Notes: a model not told the origin generated them from the sequence alone. 64,000 nt of DNA from Nanobdellota archaeon (GCA_030647125.1 JAUSKC010000013.1:2249-66248); one strand, 5' to 3'. Shown: positions 40,010-48,982, counted from the first letter of the stretch. Translations and numbers: made by a program.

Positions 40010-43000
40010 TCATTCCAAATAAATCCCCGGCTTGCCCGGCTTAACTTTTTTGCTTTTTCCGTCCGGATCATATTTATCTTTATCATTAACAGCATAAACT
40101 TTTATATCAAGACCTGTTCGTTTTTTCAACTCATCAACGCTATCAACAAAATTCTTCTTTTCGTTAGGCAAAACATAAACCCAACATTTTGAAACTTCTT
40201 TTCCTTCCCGTTCTTTTATAATTTTAACAACGTGATTTATATCTTCAACAAGCTTTGCAACATCTTGCTCTTGCTTTTCCAAACTCTCATTAATCTTCGC
40301 TTCTTCAACTTTAGGCCATTCAGATGAAGAAATCAGACCAACACCTCCTATTTTCTCCCACATTTCTTCAGCTATGTGCGGGCAAAAAAGAGACAAAAGT
40401 TTCAAACCCTTTTCCAAAACTAATCTATCAGTTTCCAGAGGCAAAGAATTAAACAATTCCCTGACTTTTATAATTGCTAAGTTATATTTGAAATTTTCAA
40501 TCTGGTTCGTCATTTCTTTAATAATCTTATTCAATTTGCTTTCAATTTTAGCGTCTGATTTCTTAACAATCTTAACATTTTGAAAATAATCATAAACTTT
40601 ATTCAAGAATTTGAAGCTTCCAACAAGAACATTCTCATCCCAAAGAGTATCATTTTCAGGAGAAGCCAAACTCATTAAAGCCAAACGCAAAGAGTCCGCG
40701 CCATACTTCTTAATAATATCCAAAGGATTAATCACATTACCTAACGACTTTGACATCTTCTGCCCATCAGCGCCATGCAAAAGCCCTTGATTAAACAATT
40801 TAATAAACGGCTCATCAATTTCAGGAATCAAATCTAAATCCCTCAAGGCCTTTGTAAAAAAACGCGCGTAAATCAAATGCATCGTCGCATGTTCCGCGCC
40901 TCCAATATATTGATCAACAGGCATCCAGTATTTTACTTTATCAATTTCAAAAGGTTTTTTTGAATTTTCCGAGTCCAGATATCTCAAATAATACCAACTC
41001 GAATCAAAGAAAGTATCCATCGTGTCCGTCTCTCGTTTGGCTTTTCCATTACATGAAGGACATTTTACATTAATCCATTTTTCATTTGTTTTCAAAGGAT
41101 TTCCTTTTCCAAATTTAACTTTTTCAGGAAGAACAATAGGCAAGTCACTTTCTTTAATAGGAATAATTCCACACTTATCACAATAAACAACTGGAATAGG
41201 AGTTCCCCAATAACGCTGACGTGAAACCAACCAATCTCTTAATTTAAAATTAACAACCTTGCGTCCTAATTTTTTCTTTATTAAAAATTTAGTAATTTCT
41301 TCTTTAGCTTTTTCACTTTCCACTTCATCAAATTCATCCGAATTAATTAACCATCCTTCTCCAGTATAAGCTTTCGACTCTTTTGTAAAATCAATTTCTC
41401 CTTCCCTTGGCTGAATCACTGCCTTAATTTCAATATTGTATTTTCTTGCAAACAAATAATCCCTTTGGTCGTGAGCAGGCACAGCCATAACCATTCCACT
41501 CCCATAATCAGCGACGACAAAATTGCCGGCATAAACCGGAACTTTTTTATTATTTACAGGGTTTACAGCATAACTTCCTGTAAAGACACCTTCTTTGTCA
41601 AGTTCTTCAAGTTGTTTTTCAGAAACGCCTTTTAATTTTTTCAAGAATTTTTCTACTTCTTTCTTTTGTTTGTTAGAAACTAATTCCATAAGTCGCGGAT
41701 GCTGCGCTGAAACAACCATAAAAGTCACTCCGTAAATAGTATCTGGCCTTGTCGTAAATATAGACCACTTTTCATTTCCAATAATTTCATTTAAAAGTTC
41801 AGGAAATTCTCCTGTTCCCATATCATATATAGTATAATGCCCATGATTTTTTAATTCAATAATTTCGCCGCCCAAAGAATCATGAAAGATCTTAACGCTT
41901 TTCTTACCATCGGCTTCCTCATTATTTGCAGTAAAAATAATTACTTCACCAACTCTATCTTTAATTCCCAAGTCAATATTATAATCATAAAAATCTTTTG
42001 GAGCATTACCAGATTTAGCAATTTTCCAAGGTGCGACTAAAATTAGTTTTTTAATTTTCTTTTTAGTATCACCAAGCCATCTTACTAAAAATGCACAGCC
42101 GCAACTATGTCCAATTAAAACAGAATTCTCATCTATTTTATTTTTTTCGAATTCTTTCTTCCAATTATAATAATCAGCTTTCCAGGCCTCGGGCATTAAA
42201 GGAGAAAAAACCTTAATCTTTCTTTCCTCAAGTTTCTTTTTAATCCAAGGAATCCAATGTTTATCATAAGTTCTTTTTTCTTGAGAATACTCCGCTTTTT
42301 CAGCAGACGGACAACCATGAACAATCACAACATTAGAAAGTTTATTTGAATTTTCAATCTCAAACAAAATCTCCGTCCCTTCCGAACGTCCAATCCAATT
42401 CTTCTGCATCAACTTAATTCTTTCAGGCCAATATAACTTGTCAACCTTATCCAAAAGCTCGTCAGCATAATTTGTCGTTTTGATAAACCATTGTTCAAGT
42501 TGCTTGATTTCAACAGGTGTTTCAGGATGTCTCCAGCAACAACCACCATGAACTTGCTCATTCGCTAAAACCGTCTCACATTTACCACACCAATTAACCG
42601 GCGACTTTTTTCTATAAATTAAACCTTTTTCATAAAGTTTAAGAAAAAAATATTGATTCCATTTATAATATTCCGGCTTTGACGTCACAATCATTTTACT
42701 CCAATCGTAACTCAATCCTAACTTATGCTGTTGATTTACAAAATTTTTTATAGAATTTTCAGTGTACTTTCTAGGATGTTCCCCTGCTTTTATCGCCGCA
42801 TTTTCAGCAGGCAATCCAAAAGCATCGTAACCCATTGGATAAAGAACATTCATCCCTTGCATTCTCTTGAAGCGCGCATAAATATCCCCTATAGTATAAT
42901 TCAAAGCATGGCCCATATGCAGTCCAGCTGCCGATGGATACGGAAACATTTCAAGAACATAAAACTTCTTTTTCTTTTTCGTGCCTGCGGCGTCCGGGGA

Positions 43001-43072
43001 TACTTCAAAGACCTTCTTTTTTTCCCACTTACTCTGCCATTTTGTTTCTATCTTTTTAAAATCATAAACCAT
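40010..43072 (-). CDS. leuS: leucyl-tRNA synthetase (archaeal type) with inserted RBBP9/YdeN-like serine-hydrolase domain
   Basis: HMGH, KMSKS-type (KMSKSLGN), CP1 editing FTTRPDTIYGVTFMV; a ~180-aa alpha/beta-hydrolase module (VVIVHGCPSA...HWIPWIKKKLEE...IGHSCGCAF...LVAPW...HGHY) sits between GRSEGTEI and FTTRPDT. Confidence 0.9.
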   Translation of the reverse strand: MVYDFKKIETKWQSKWEKKKVFEVSPDAAGTKKKKKFYVLEMFPYPSAAGLHMGHALNYTIGDIYARFKRMQGMNVLYPMGYDAFGLPAENAAIKAGEHPRKYTENSIKNFVNQQHKLGLSYDWSKMIVTSKPEYYKWNQYFFLKLYEKGLIYRKKSPVNWCGKCETVLANEQVHGGCCWRHPETPVEIKQLEQWFIKTTNYADELLDKVDKLYWPERIKLMQKNWIGRSEGTEILFEIENSNKLSNVVIVHGCPSAEKAEYSQEKRTYDKHWIPWIKKKLEERKIKVFSPLMPEAWKADYYNWKKEFEKNKIDENSVLIGHSCGCAFLVRWLGDTKKKIKKLILVAPWKIAKSGNAPKDFYDYNIDLGIKDRVGEVIIFTANNEEADGKKSVKIFHDSLGGEIIELKNHGHYTIYDMGTGEFPELLNEIIGNEKWSIFTTRPDTIYGVTFMVVSAQHPRLMELVSNKQKKEVEKFLKKLKGVSEKQLEELDKEGVFTGSYAVNPVNNKKVPVYAGNFVVADYGSGMVMAVPAHDQRDYLFARKYNIEIKAVIQPREGEIDFTKESKAYTGEGWLINSDEFDEVESEKAKEEITKFLIKKKLGRKVVNFKLRDWLVSRQRYWGTPIPVVYCDKCGIIPIKESDLPIVLPEKVKFGKGNPLKTNEKWINVKCPSCNGKAKRETDTMDTFFDSSWYYLRYLDSENSKKPFEIDKVKYWMPVDQYIGGAEHATMHLIYARFFTKALRDLDLIPEIDEPFIKLFNQGLLHGADGQKMSKSLGNVINPLDIIKKYGADSLRLALMSLASPENDTLWDENVLVGSFKFLNKVYDYFQNVKIVKKSDAKIESKLNKIIKEMTNQIENFKYNLAIIKVRELFNSLPLETDRLVLEKGLKLLSLFCPHIAEEMWEKIGGVGLISSSEWPKVEEAKINESLEKQEQDVAKLVEDINHVVKIIKEREGKEVSKCWVYVLPNEKKNFVDSVDELKKRTGLDIKVYAVNDKDKYDPDGKSKKVKPGKPGIYLE

Positions 43073-43146
43073 ATCAAAGCAAGAAAATCTTAATTTAAAT
43101 TACTTTCCAAAAGAACATTTAAATAACAAAATATACTATTACAACT

Positions 43147-43668
43147 ATGAACAAAATACACGCGCACCTTTCAGGAAACTCTGTGACTTCAAATTCATCA
43201 GACGCTTACACTTTGCAGCAAAAAAGTTCGTTTGGCGAGCGAGTTGAAAATAAAGTGCAATACTCCGCAGTCGAGGCCTTATATTTAGCAGAAAGAAATA
43301 AACTTGAAATATTCGACTCAAAAAATAAAAGTTTATCCATAGATCATTTGCAAAAAAGATTCCAGCAAATTGACAAGAAATTCAAATTAAAATATATTGT
43401 CTTCAAGGACTTACGAAATAAAGGTTACATTGTAAAAACTGCATTAAAATTTGGGGCGGAATTCCGTGTCTATCCAAAAGGAAGTTCTCCAGGCAAAACC
43501 CACTCAAAATGGATTGTTTTCACAGACCACGAATCAAAGAGCTTTAACTGGCATGAATTTTCTTCAAAAAATAGGGTTGCACACTCCACAAAAAAGAATC
43601 TCTTGCTTGCAATTGTTGATGAAGAATCAGATGTCACATATTATGAGATTAAATGGATTAAACCATAA
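43147..43668 (+). CDS. endA: tRNA-splicing endonuclease subunit
   Basis: Catalytic C-terminal domain KYIVFKDLRNKGYIVKTALKFGAEFRVYPKG...HSKWIV. Confidence 0.8.
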   Translation: MNKIHAHLSGNSVTSNSSDAYTLQQKSSFGERVENKVQYSAVEALYLAERNKLEIFDSKNKSLSIDHLQKRFQQIDKKFKLKYIVFKDLRNKGYIVKTALKFGAEFRVYPKGSSPGKTHSKWIVFTDHESKSFNWHEFSSKNRVAHSTKKNLLLAIVDEESDVTYYEIKWIKP

Positions 43669-43769
43669 ACAACATTGAAAATGTTTTTGTCATCATAACA
43701 AGCTTTAAAACATCAAAGATGTTTTCGTCATCAGGAAAGCTTTATAATTATTCTATATCTTCCTAATTT

Positions 43770-44675
43770 ATGGGACGCGATGCAACACTGATAAAAGATA
43801 AAATAATGAGCACGCTAAAATACAGAGGTCCGTCTCTGCCCGTGCATATTGCAAACGCAACCGGCCAAAGCATGCTCTTCTCAGGAGCATTTCTTTCAGA
43901 ACTTCTCGCGGAAAAAAAGATAAAAATCTCAGACATGAAAGTAGGTTCATCGCCAATTTACTTTCTTGAAGGACAAGAGCCGCAGCTTGAAAATTTTACA
44001 AAATACTTGAAGGGCAAGGAAAGGGAGGCTTTTGAAATATTAAAAGAAAAAAAATTCCTTAGGGATAAAAATCTGTCACCAGTAATTCGTATAGCTCTCC
44101 GCTCAATAAAGGACTTTGCAGTCCCTCTAAAATACAATGAAGAAATTTATTGGAAATATTATACAATTCCAACTTCAACTTTCAGTCCTGATATTTTTGC
44201 GCCAGAAAGAATTCATATAAAACAACCTGAGGAAAAAATAGTAAAACAAGAAACTGAAGAAAAAGAGGTGATAACATCGTCAGAGGAGGAAAAAGAGGTA
44301 ATAATATTACCAGAAGAAAAACCTAAAATTCACAAAACAAAAAAGCAAGCAAAGAAAAAGAAAACAGCAAAACAAGATGACAAATTTTTTAACAAAGTGA
44401 AAGACTATTTATCAAGCAAATCAATTGAAATCATCGGAATGGAGGGAATGACAAAAAATGATTTGACTTTAAAAGTCAAGGCAAAAAATAAAGAGAAGTT
44501 ATTAATTGCTTATAACAAGAAAAAAATTAGTGAGACAGAAATAATTAGAGCTCATAAAAAAGCTGAAGAAGCCAGATTGCCTTATATTATCTTAACAATG
44601 GGAGAAACACCTAAGAAAACAATAAGTTTAATGGACGCTCTAAAAACATTGGAAACAATAGAAAAAATTGAATAA
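43770..44675 (+). CDS. hypothetical protein, N-terminal winged-helix-like, Lys-rich linker
   Basis: 301 aa; leaderless-type TATA (CTTTATAAT) ~26 nt upstream of the ATG; preceded by the inverted-repeat element family. Confidence 0.35.
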   Translation: MGRDATLIKDKIMSTLKYRGPSLPVHIANATGQSMLFSGAFLSELLAEKKIKISDMKVGSSPIYFLEGQEPQLENFTKYLKGKEREAFEILKEKKFLRDKNLSPVIRIALRSIKDFAVPLKYNEEIYWKYYTIPTSTFSPDIFAPERIHIKQPEEKIVKQETEEKEVITSSEEEKEVIILPEEKPKIHKTKKQAKKKKTAKQDDKFFNKVKDYLSSKSIEIIGMEGMTKNDLTLKVKAKNKEKLLIAYNKKKISETEIIRAHKKAEEARLPYIILTMGETPKKTISLMDALKTLETIEKIE

Positions 44676-44711
44676 CCAAAGGTTTTTAAGGGAAAGTCAC
44701 AATTCAAAAAT

Positions 44712-44921
44712 ATGGGAAAGATTAAAGGAAAAATGGTAAAAAGAGCCTCAGAACAATTTATAAAATTAGGCGTGCCTTTTACATATGAATTTGAATTCAA
44801 TAAAAAAGTTCTTGGAAATGAAATGCCATCAAAAAAAATTCGTAATCAAACTGCTGGCTATCTTGCACGATTAAAAAAGATGGAATCAAAAAAGAAGGTA
44901 AAAATAGAAAAAATATTGTAA
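44712..44921 (+). CDS. rps17e: ribosomal protein S17e
   Basis: MGKIKGKMVKRASEQFI...SKKIRNQTAGYLARLKK matches the S17e N-terminal consensus. Confidence 0.8.
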   Translation: MGKIKGKMVKRASEQFIKLGVPFTYEFEFNKKVLGNEMPSKKIRNQTAGYLARLKKMESKKKVKIEKIL

Positions 44922-45118
44922 AATAATTCTATCATAAACTATTTAAACTTCAACTGCATAAGAAACTTATGAAAAGCTTTGATAAATCTGTTTTAGGCAT
45001 GATTTTATCTGAGCTAGTGGTCTCGTACTAATTGTGCGGGGCTATAAATTCTAAAATTTTATGGATTTTCAGCCCTTTTGCTTAAGACGTGACCGCCGCA
45101 AACTATAAGGAGGAAAAA

Positions 45119-45331
45119 ATGAAAGAATACAACCTAGAAACGTACAAAACTTTTTACGTCCCATCAAAAGATGGAAATGGAAGAACACAACCCTATTCCG
45201 AAGCTGAAAATGATTGGAAAGTAATGATGGACAAACAGGAAGAAGCATTAAGAAGTTTTAACATAATAGAAGCTAGAATGCCAGAAAAACCGAGACCGGC
45301 ACTAGAAAGAACAATAACGGAAAGAGAATAA
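45119..45331 (+). CDS. hypothetical protein
   Basis: Start set at MKEYNLE directly after AAGGAGGAAAAA RBS. Confidence 0.3.
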   Translation: MKEYNLETYKTFYVPSKDGNGRTQPYSEAENDWKVMMDKQEEALRSFNIIEARMPEKPRPALERTITERE

Positions 45332-45556
45332 TTATTTTTTATTTAATTTATCTATTTTCTTTTCTATTCTTTTTATATCATTGCTCATTTCTTCTAAAAG
45401 TTTTCTTCTTTTTCTATTGAAATATAAAGTAGCTATTTCTGCAATTATAAAAAATAGAATAACAACACCTACTGCTTGCAGAAACAAAACCACATTTCCC
45501 AAACTGATAATTAAATCAGGCAAATCTGCAGGTACGTTACTAATTTCAACAACCAT
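45332..45556 (-). CDS. hypothetical single-pass membrane protein
   Basis: TM helix plus charged coiled-coil tail. Confidence 0.3.
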   Translation of the reverse strand: MVVEISNVPADLPDLIISLGNVVLFLQAVGVVILFFIIAEIATLYFNRKRRKLLEEMSNDIKRIEKKIDKLNKK

Positions 45557-45597
45557 ATATAAAAATAGGGTGGATATTATTTAAACCTAACCACTAA

Positions 45598-45750
45598 CCT
45601 CAAACCTTTAAAACAACTTGTTTGTTTTCGTCTTCCTTATTTCCTTAAAACAATTTATTGTTTTCGTCAGTCAGGAAACCTTTAAAACAACTTGTTTGTT
45701 TTCGTCATCCAGAAAACCTTTTAAATATTGTTTCTCGTTTCATTTGTTAT
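45598..45750. repeat. four tandem ~37-nt units (two exact 31-nt copies) each with an AT-rich 7-bp inverted repeat, upstream of tRNA(CAT)
   Basis: AAACCTTTAAAACAACTTGTTTGTTTTCGTC at 45602..45632 and 45676..45706, degenerate copies between and after; hairpin AAAACAA-cttgt-TTGTTTT. Confidence 0.7.
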
Positions 45751-45799
45751 GGCTCTGTAGCTCAGAGGAAAACCCTCGTTCGCTACATCGCTAAACAAT

Positions 45800-45871
45800 G
45801 GCTCTGTAGCTCAGCGGTAGAGCGCGGCTCTCATAAGGCCGAGGCCGGGAGGTCAGCACTCCTCAGAGCCA
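45800..45871 (+). tRNA. tRNA(CAT) (Met or Ile2) with non-canonical T-loop
   Basis: Acceptor GGCTCTG/CAGAGCC, D-arm GCTCAGCGGTAGAGC, anticodon stem CGGCT/GGCCG with loop CTCATAA; T-loop reads GTCAGCA rather than TTCRANT. Confidence 0.6.
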
Positions 45872-46273
45872 TTATTTATTAACAAAAATCCTAAACCCAT
45901 CATCTTCCTTCCTCGGCAAGATATGAAAATGCACATGATTAACTTCTTGTCCACCTGCCTTAAAATTATTAGAAACAACATTAAAACCTTCACATTTCAA
46001 TTCCTTACCAAGTTTAGCGTAAGTATTCTTAACACAATCAATTAATTCTGTTCCTAACGACGACGGCATATCAAGAACATTTTTAAAATGCTTTTTTGAA
46101 ATAACTAAAGAATGGCCCTCCACCTTTGGATGAGCATCTTTTATCGAAAAGAAATTTTCATTTTCATAAATTCGTGGAACACGAACTTCACCAAAAGCAA
46201 TCTTACAAAATATACAATCATCCATAAAAAACAAAGAAACTAGAAATATAAAAACCTTATCATAAAAAACCAC
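45872..46273 (-). CDS. HIT-family hydrolase
   Basis: Histidine triad NHVHFHILPR. Confidence 0.8.
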   Translation of the reverse strand: MVFYDKVFIFLVSLFFMDDCIFCKIAFGEVRVPRIYENENFFSIKDAHPKVEGHSLVISKKHFKNVLDMPSSLGTELIDCVKNTYAKLGKELKCEGFNVVSNNFKAGGQEVNHVHFHILPRKEDDGFRIFVNK

Positions 46274-46483
46274 AAAACAATAAAAAAAATAAAAAACAAT
46301 TTAAAGAGTTTATCTCTTTTTCTTTTTAGCTGCCTTTTTCTTTGCCATATTTTAAATCACCTCTTTTTTTACTAATAAAATTAATGATTGTTCATTTATA
46401 AAATTTATCTTTTACAAAAATTTCACAAGATTATAAAAAAGATTAGAAATAAAATCACCGTCGGTAAAATAAAACAACACAAT

Positions 46484-48370
46484 TTAAACCAATTTCCCAG
46501 AATCTTCAAACTCCTTTTCTCCATCAATTAACTGTCTTAACACATTTTTCAAATCTTTTATCTTTACTCTTATTTGTTTTGTAGTATCACGCTCGCGAAT
46601 AGTAACATCTTGTTGTTTTGTTGAATCCTCGTCGATAGTTATGCAATATGGAGTCCCAGCCTCATCATTTCGAGCGTATCTCCTTCCAATGCTACCACTT
46701 TTATCATAAATAACATTCCACTCTTTTCTCAAATCTTCCAAGATTTCGCGGCAAATATCTTCATATTCATCTTTTTTTATTATAGGAAATATTGCGGCCT
46801 TAACTGGTGCCAACCTTGGATTTAATTTTAAAATAACATTCTGCCTTTTCTCGTCGGGAGAATAAGCGCTAAACATAAAAACCAAAAACGCCCTTTCAAA
46901 TCCCAATGATGGTTCACATACTACTTGAGGCAAAATCTTCTTACCGGTTTTCTCGTCCAGAATGTGTAAATCCTTTCCAGAGAATTTTTCATGTTGAGAC
47001 AAATCAAAATTCCCCCTATCTGCAAAGCCTAAAAGTTCTTTCCACCCGAAAGGAAATTCATATTCTAAATCCCATGTGTCTTGAGAATAATGCGCTTTCT
47101 CTTCCGAAACATGCTGCCTTATTCTGAATTTATCTTTATTTGCGCCAAGAGAAATAAACCACAAATATTCATTTGCTATCCAATAAGCATGCCATTTGTT
47201 TTTTATAACATGTGATTCAAGCGCCTCTTTTAATTTCATTTTCCTCGCGTCCTCATTCCCCTTTTGCATCTCCGAAGAATAAATCATAATTTCCACATCA
47301 GGAATTTTATAAGGGCATTCATCTTCAGGATTTACAAAATACTCAATTTCCATTTGTTCAAATTCCCTACATCTAAATAAAAAATCTCTCGGGGCAATTT
47401 CATTTCTAAAAGCCTTTCCTTGCTGCGCAATTCCACACGGAAGTTTCAATCGTGCATTGTCAAAAACAAGTTTGAAATCAGCAAATATCAACTGCGCAGT
47501 TTCCGGCCTCAAATATGCCTTTACAGAATCTTCAACAACAGGGCCAACTTGCGTCGTGAACATCGGATTAAATTCTCCTTTAATTTCATAATTAGAATTA
47601 TTTTCATATTTCTTCACTTCGTATTTATCAACTTTAAACTTCTCCTTTGTTTTTTTATTTACAACTGCGACATCAACAAAACTTGCAACATGCCCACTCG
47701 CTTCCCAAACTTTCGGGTTCGTCACAATCGCTCCGTCAATTCCCACAATATCATCCCGTTGATAAACATGATATTTCCACCATTCATTTTTCAAGTTCTT
47801 TTTCATTTCAGCCCCAAGAACTCCAAAATCCCAAAATCCAGACAGACCCCCATAAATCTCCCCAGAAGGATAAACAAATCCTTTTCTTTTACAAAATGCA
47901 GCCATTTCATCAACTGATATTTCAGAACTATTTTTTACCTTGTTATTTCCTATAAGATTATTTCTTGGTTTATAATTTATAAGAAATTCCTTACCTAAAT
48001 CTGTAAGAAAGTAACCACCATCTCTATTATCTTTTTTAATATAATTTTTATCAGCCAACTTATTTAATATTAAACTAACTTCAGATTTATCGAGAGATAA
48101 TTCTTTACCAATAAATTCTGGATAACCTATATGATCATCACACATATAAACTATCTTATATGCAATTTCCTCATCGATTATAATATCTTTATCTTCTATT
48201 TTTGTTTTCTTGTTAACCATATTTTCAAATTTCCGTTTGGCTTCTTCCTTGTTTTTGCCCAGGTACGCGACGTTTTTAGATTTAACTTTTTCCCCTTCTC
48301 TTACTGACTCGCGCATATAATAATATTCCCCGCCGTTGATTTTCTTCCGGACTATGTAAGCCATAAACAA
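46484..48370 (-). CDS. glyS: glycyl-tRNA synthetase (archaeal/eukaryotic class II) with ~140-aa N-terminal extension
   Basis: RKGFVYPSGEIYGGLSGFWDFGVLGAEMKKN core; N-terminal MFMAYIVRKKINGGEYYYMRES...wHTH-like segment precedes it in frame. Confidence 0.9.
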   Translation of the reverse strand: MFMAYIVRKKINGGEYYYMRESVREGEKVKSKNVAYLGKNKEEAKRKFENMVNKKTKIEDKDIIIDEEIAYKIVYMCDDHIGYPEFIGKELSLDKSEVSLILNKLADKNYIKKDNRDGGYFLTDLGKEFLINYKPRNNLIGNNKVKNSSEISVDEMAAFCKRKGFVYPSGEIYGGLSGFWDFGVLGAEMKKNLKNEWWKYHVYQRDDIVGIDGAIVTNPKVWEASGHVASFVDVAVVNKKTKEKFKVDKYEVKKYENNSNYEIKGEFNPMFTTQVGPVVEDSVKAYLRPETAQLIFADFKLVFDNARLKLPCGIAQQGKAFRNEIAPRDFLFRCREFEQMEIEYFVNPEDECPYKIPDVEIMIYSSEMQKGNEDARKMKLKEALESHVIKNKWHAYWIANEYLWFISLGANKDKFRIRQHVSEEKAHYSQDTWDLEYEFPFGWKELLGFADRGNFDLSQHEKFSGKDLHILDEKTGKKILPQVVCEPSLGFERAFLVFMFSAYSPDEKRQNVILKLNPRLAPVKAAIFPIIKKDEYEDICREILEDLRKEWNVIYDKSGSIGRRYARNDEAGTPYCITIDEDSTKQQDVTIRERDTTKQIRVKIKDLKNVLRQLIDGEKEFEDSGKLV

Positions 48371-48435
48371 AACACGAAAAACTATTTTAAAGATTTATGC
48401 AAATATTTAAAACCGCAAAAAGATAATAACTAAAC

Positions 48436-48657
48436 ATGGGATTCCTTGATTCAATAGAAAAAACAGTCAACACAGTAACAAGAACTACAAATGTTGTAGA
48501 TAGAGGAACCGCGCAAGCAAAAAAGGTCAAAGGTATGGCCTCAAGTGCAGCAAAGGCTTTAGCCAAAAAATGCAAAATTTGTAAAGCTGAACTAAAATCA
48601 GATTTGGAAAAGCAAAAAGGTATTTGTTCTAACTGCGCATTAAAGAATATGAAATGA
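48436..48657 (+). CDS. small zinc-ribbon protein
   Basis: C-terminal CKICKAEL...CSNC; preferred over the overlapping antisense ORF 48387..48683. Confidence 0.35.
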   Translation: MGFLDSIEKTVNTVTRTTNVVDRGTAQAKKVKGMASSAAKALAKKCKICKAELKSDLEKQKGICSNCALKNMK

Positions 48658-48664
48658 TTATTAA

Positions 48665-48982
48665 TTACTCTTTCTTTTCCCAACGATTATCATCACGGCC
48701 GTAACATTTATCCATCTTCCTTTTCCAGAACTCATCTAAATTAATTTTATGATAATTAGCCATACAAATCATCGCAAAGATAACATCACAAATTTCCTCT
48801 CCTACATCTGCAGTATCTTTATCTGACTTTTTGATTCTCGGGCCATACCTATTATTTATCTCTCTTGAAAGCTCACCCAGTTCTTCAGCTGCTTGCGCAA
48901 TAATTGCTAAAGGAGGATAATACCCAATCTTATACTGACTGACCCATTTATCAACATCTTTTTGAATATCTTCTAGCGACAT
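48665..48982 (-). CDS. MazG-like nucleotide pyrophosphohydrolase
   Basis: EELGELSREI...EEICDVIFAMICMAN all-alpha NTP-PPase motifs. Confidence 0.7.
   Translation of the reverse strand: MSLEDIQKDVDKWVSQYKIGYYPPLAIIAQAAEELGELSREINNRYGPRIKKSDKDTADVGEEICDVIFAMICMANYHKINLDEFWKRKMDKCYGRDDNRWEKKE

Noticed and set aside
41798-42343. Possibility that the LeuRS insert is an intein
   Set aside because: No N-terminal Cys/Ser splice junction, no block B TxxH, no C-terminal HN plus Cys/Ser/Thr, and no homing-endonuclease motifs. The sequence aligns instead with an alpha/beta serine hydrolase.
45598-45750. Possibility that the tandem 31-37-nt repeats are a CRISPR array
   Set aside because: Only two exact copies, with degenerate copies decaying rather than regular repeat-spacer units. 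No cas genes in the window. A homologous copy sits at an ordinary promoter (43681..43749). Interpreted as regulatory repeats.
46310-46348. 12-codon ORF MAKKKAAKKKKR with a strong AGGTGA SD on the minus strand
   Set aside because: Too short to support and no recognisable family. Possibly a real tiny basic peptide but not callable from sequence alone.
48387-48683. 98-aa minus-strand ORF
   Set aside because: Fully overlaps the plus-strand zinc-ribbon ORF 48436..48657, whose CxxC...CxxC motif is more protein-like. Neither is certain.
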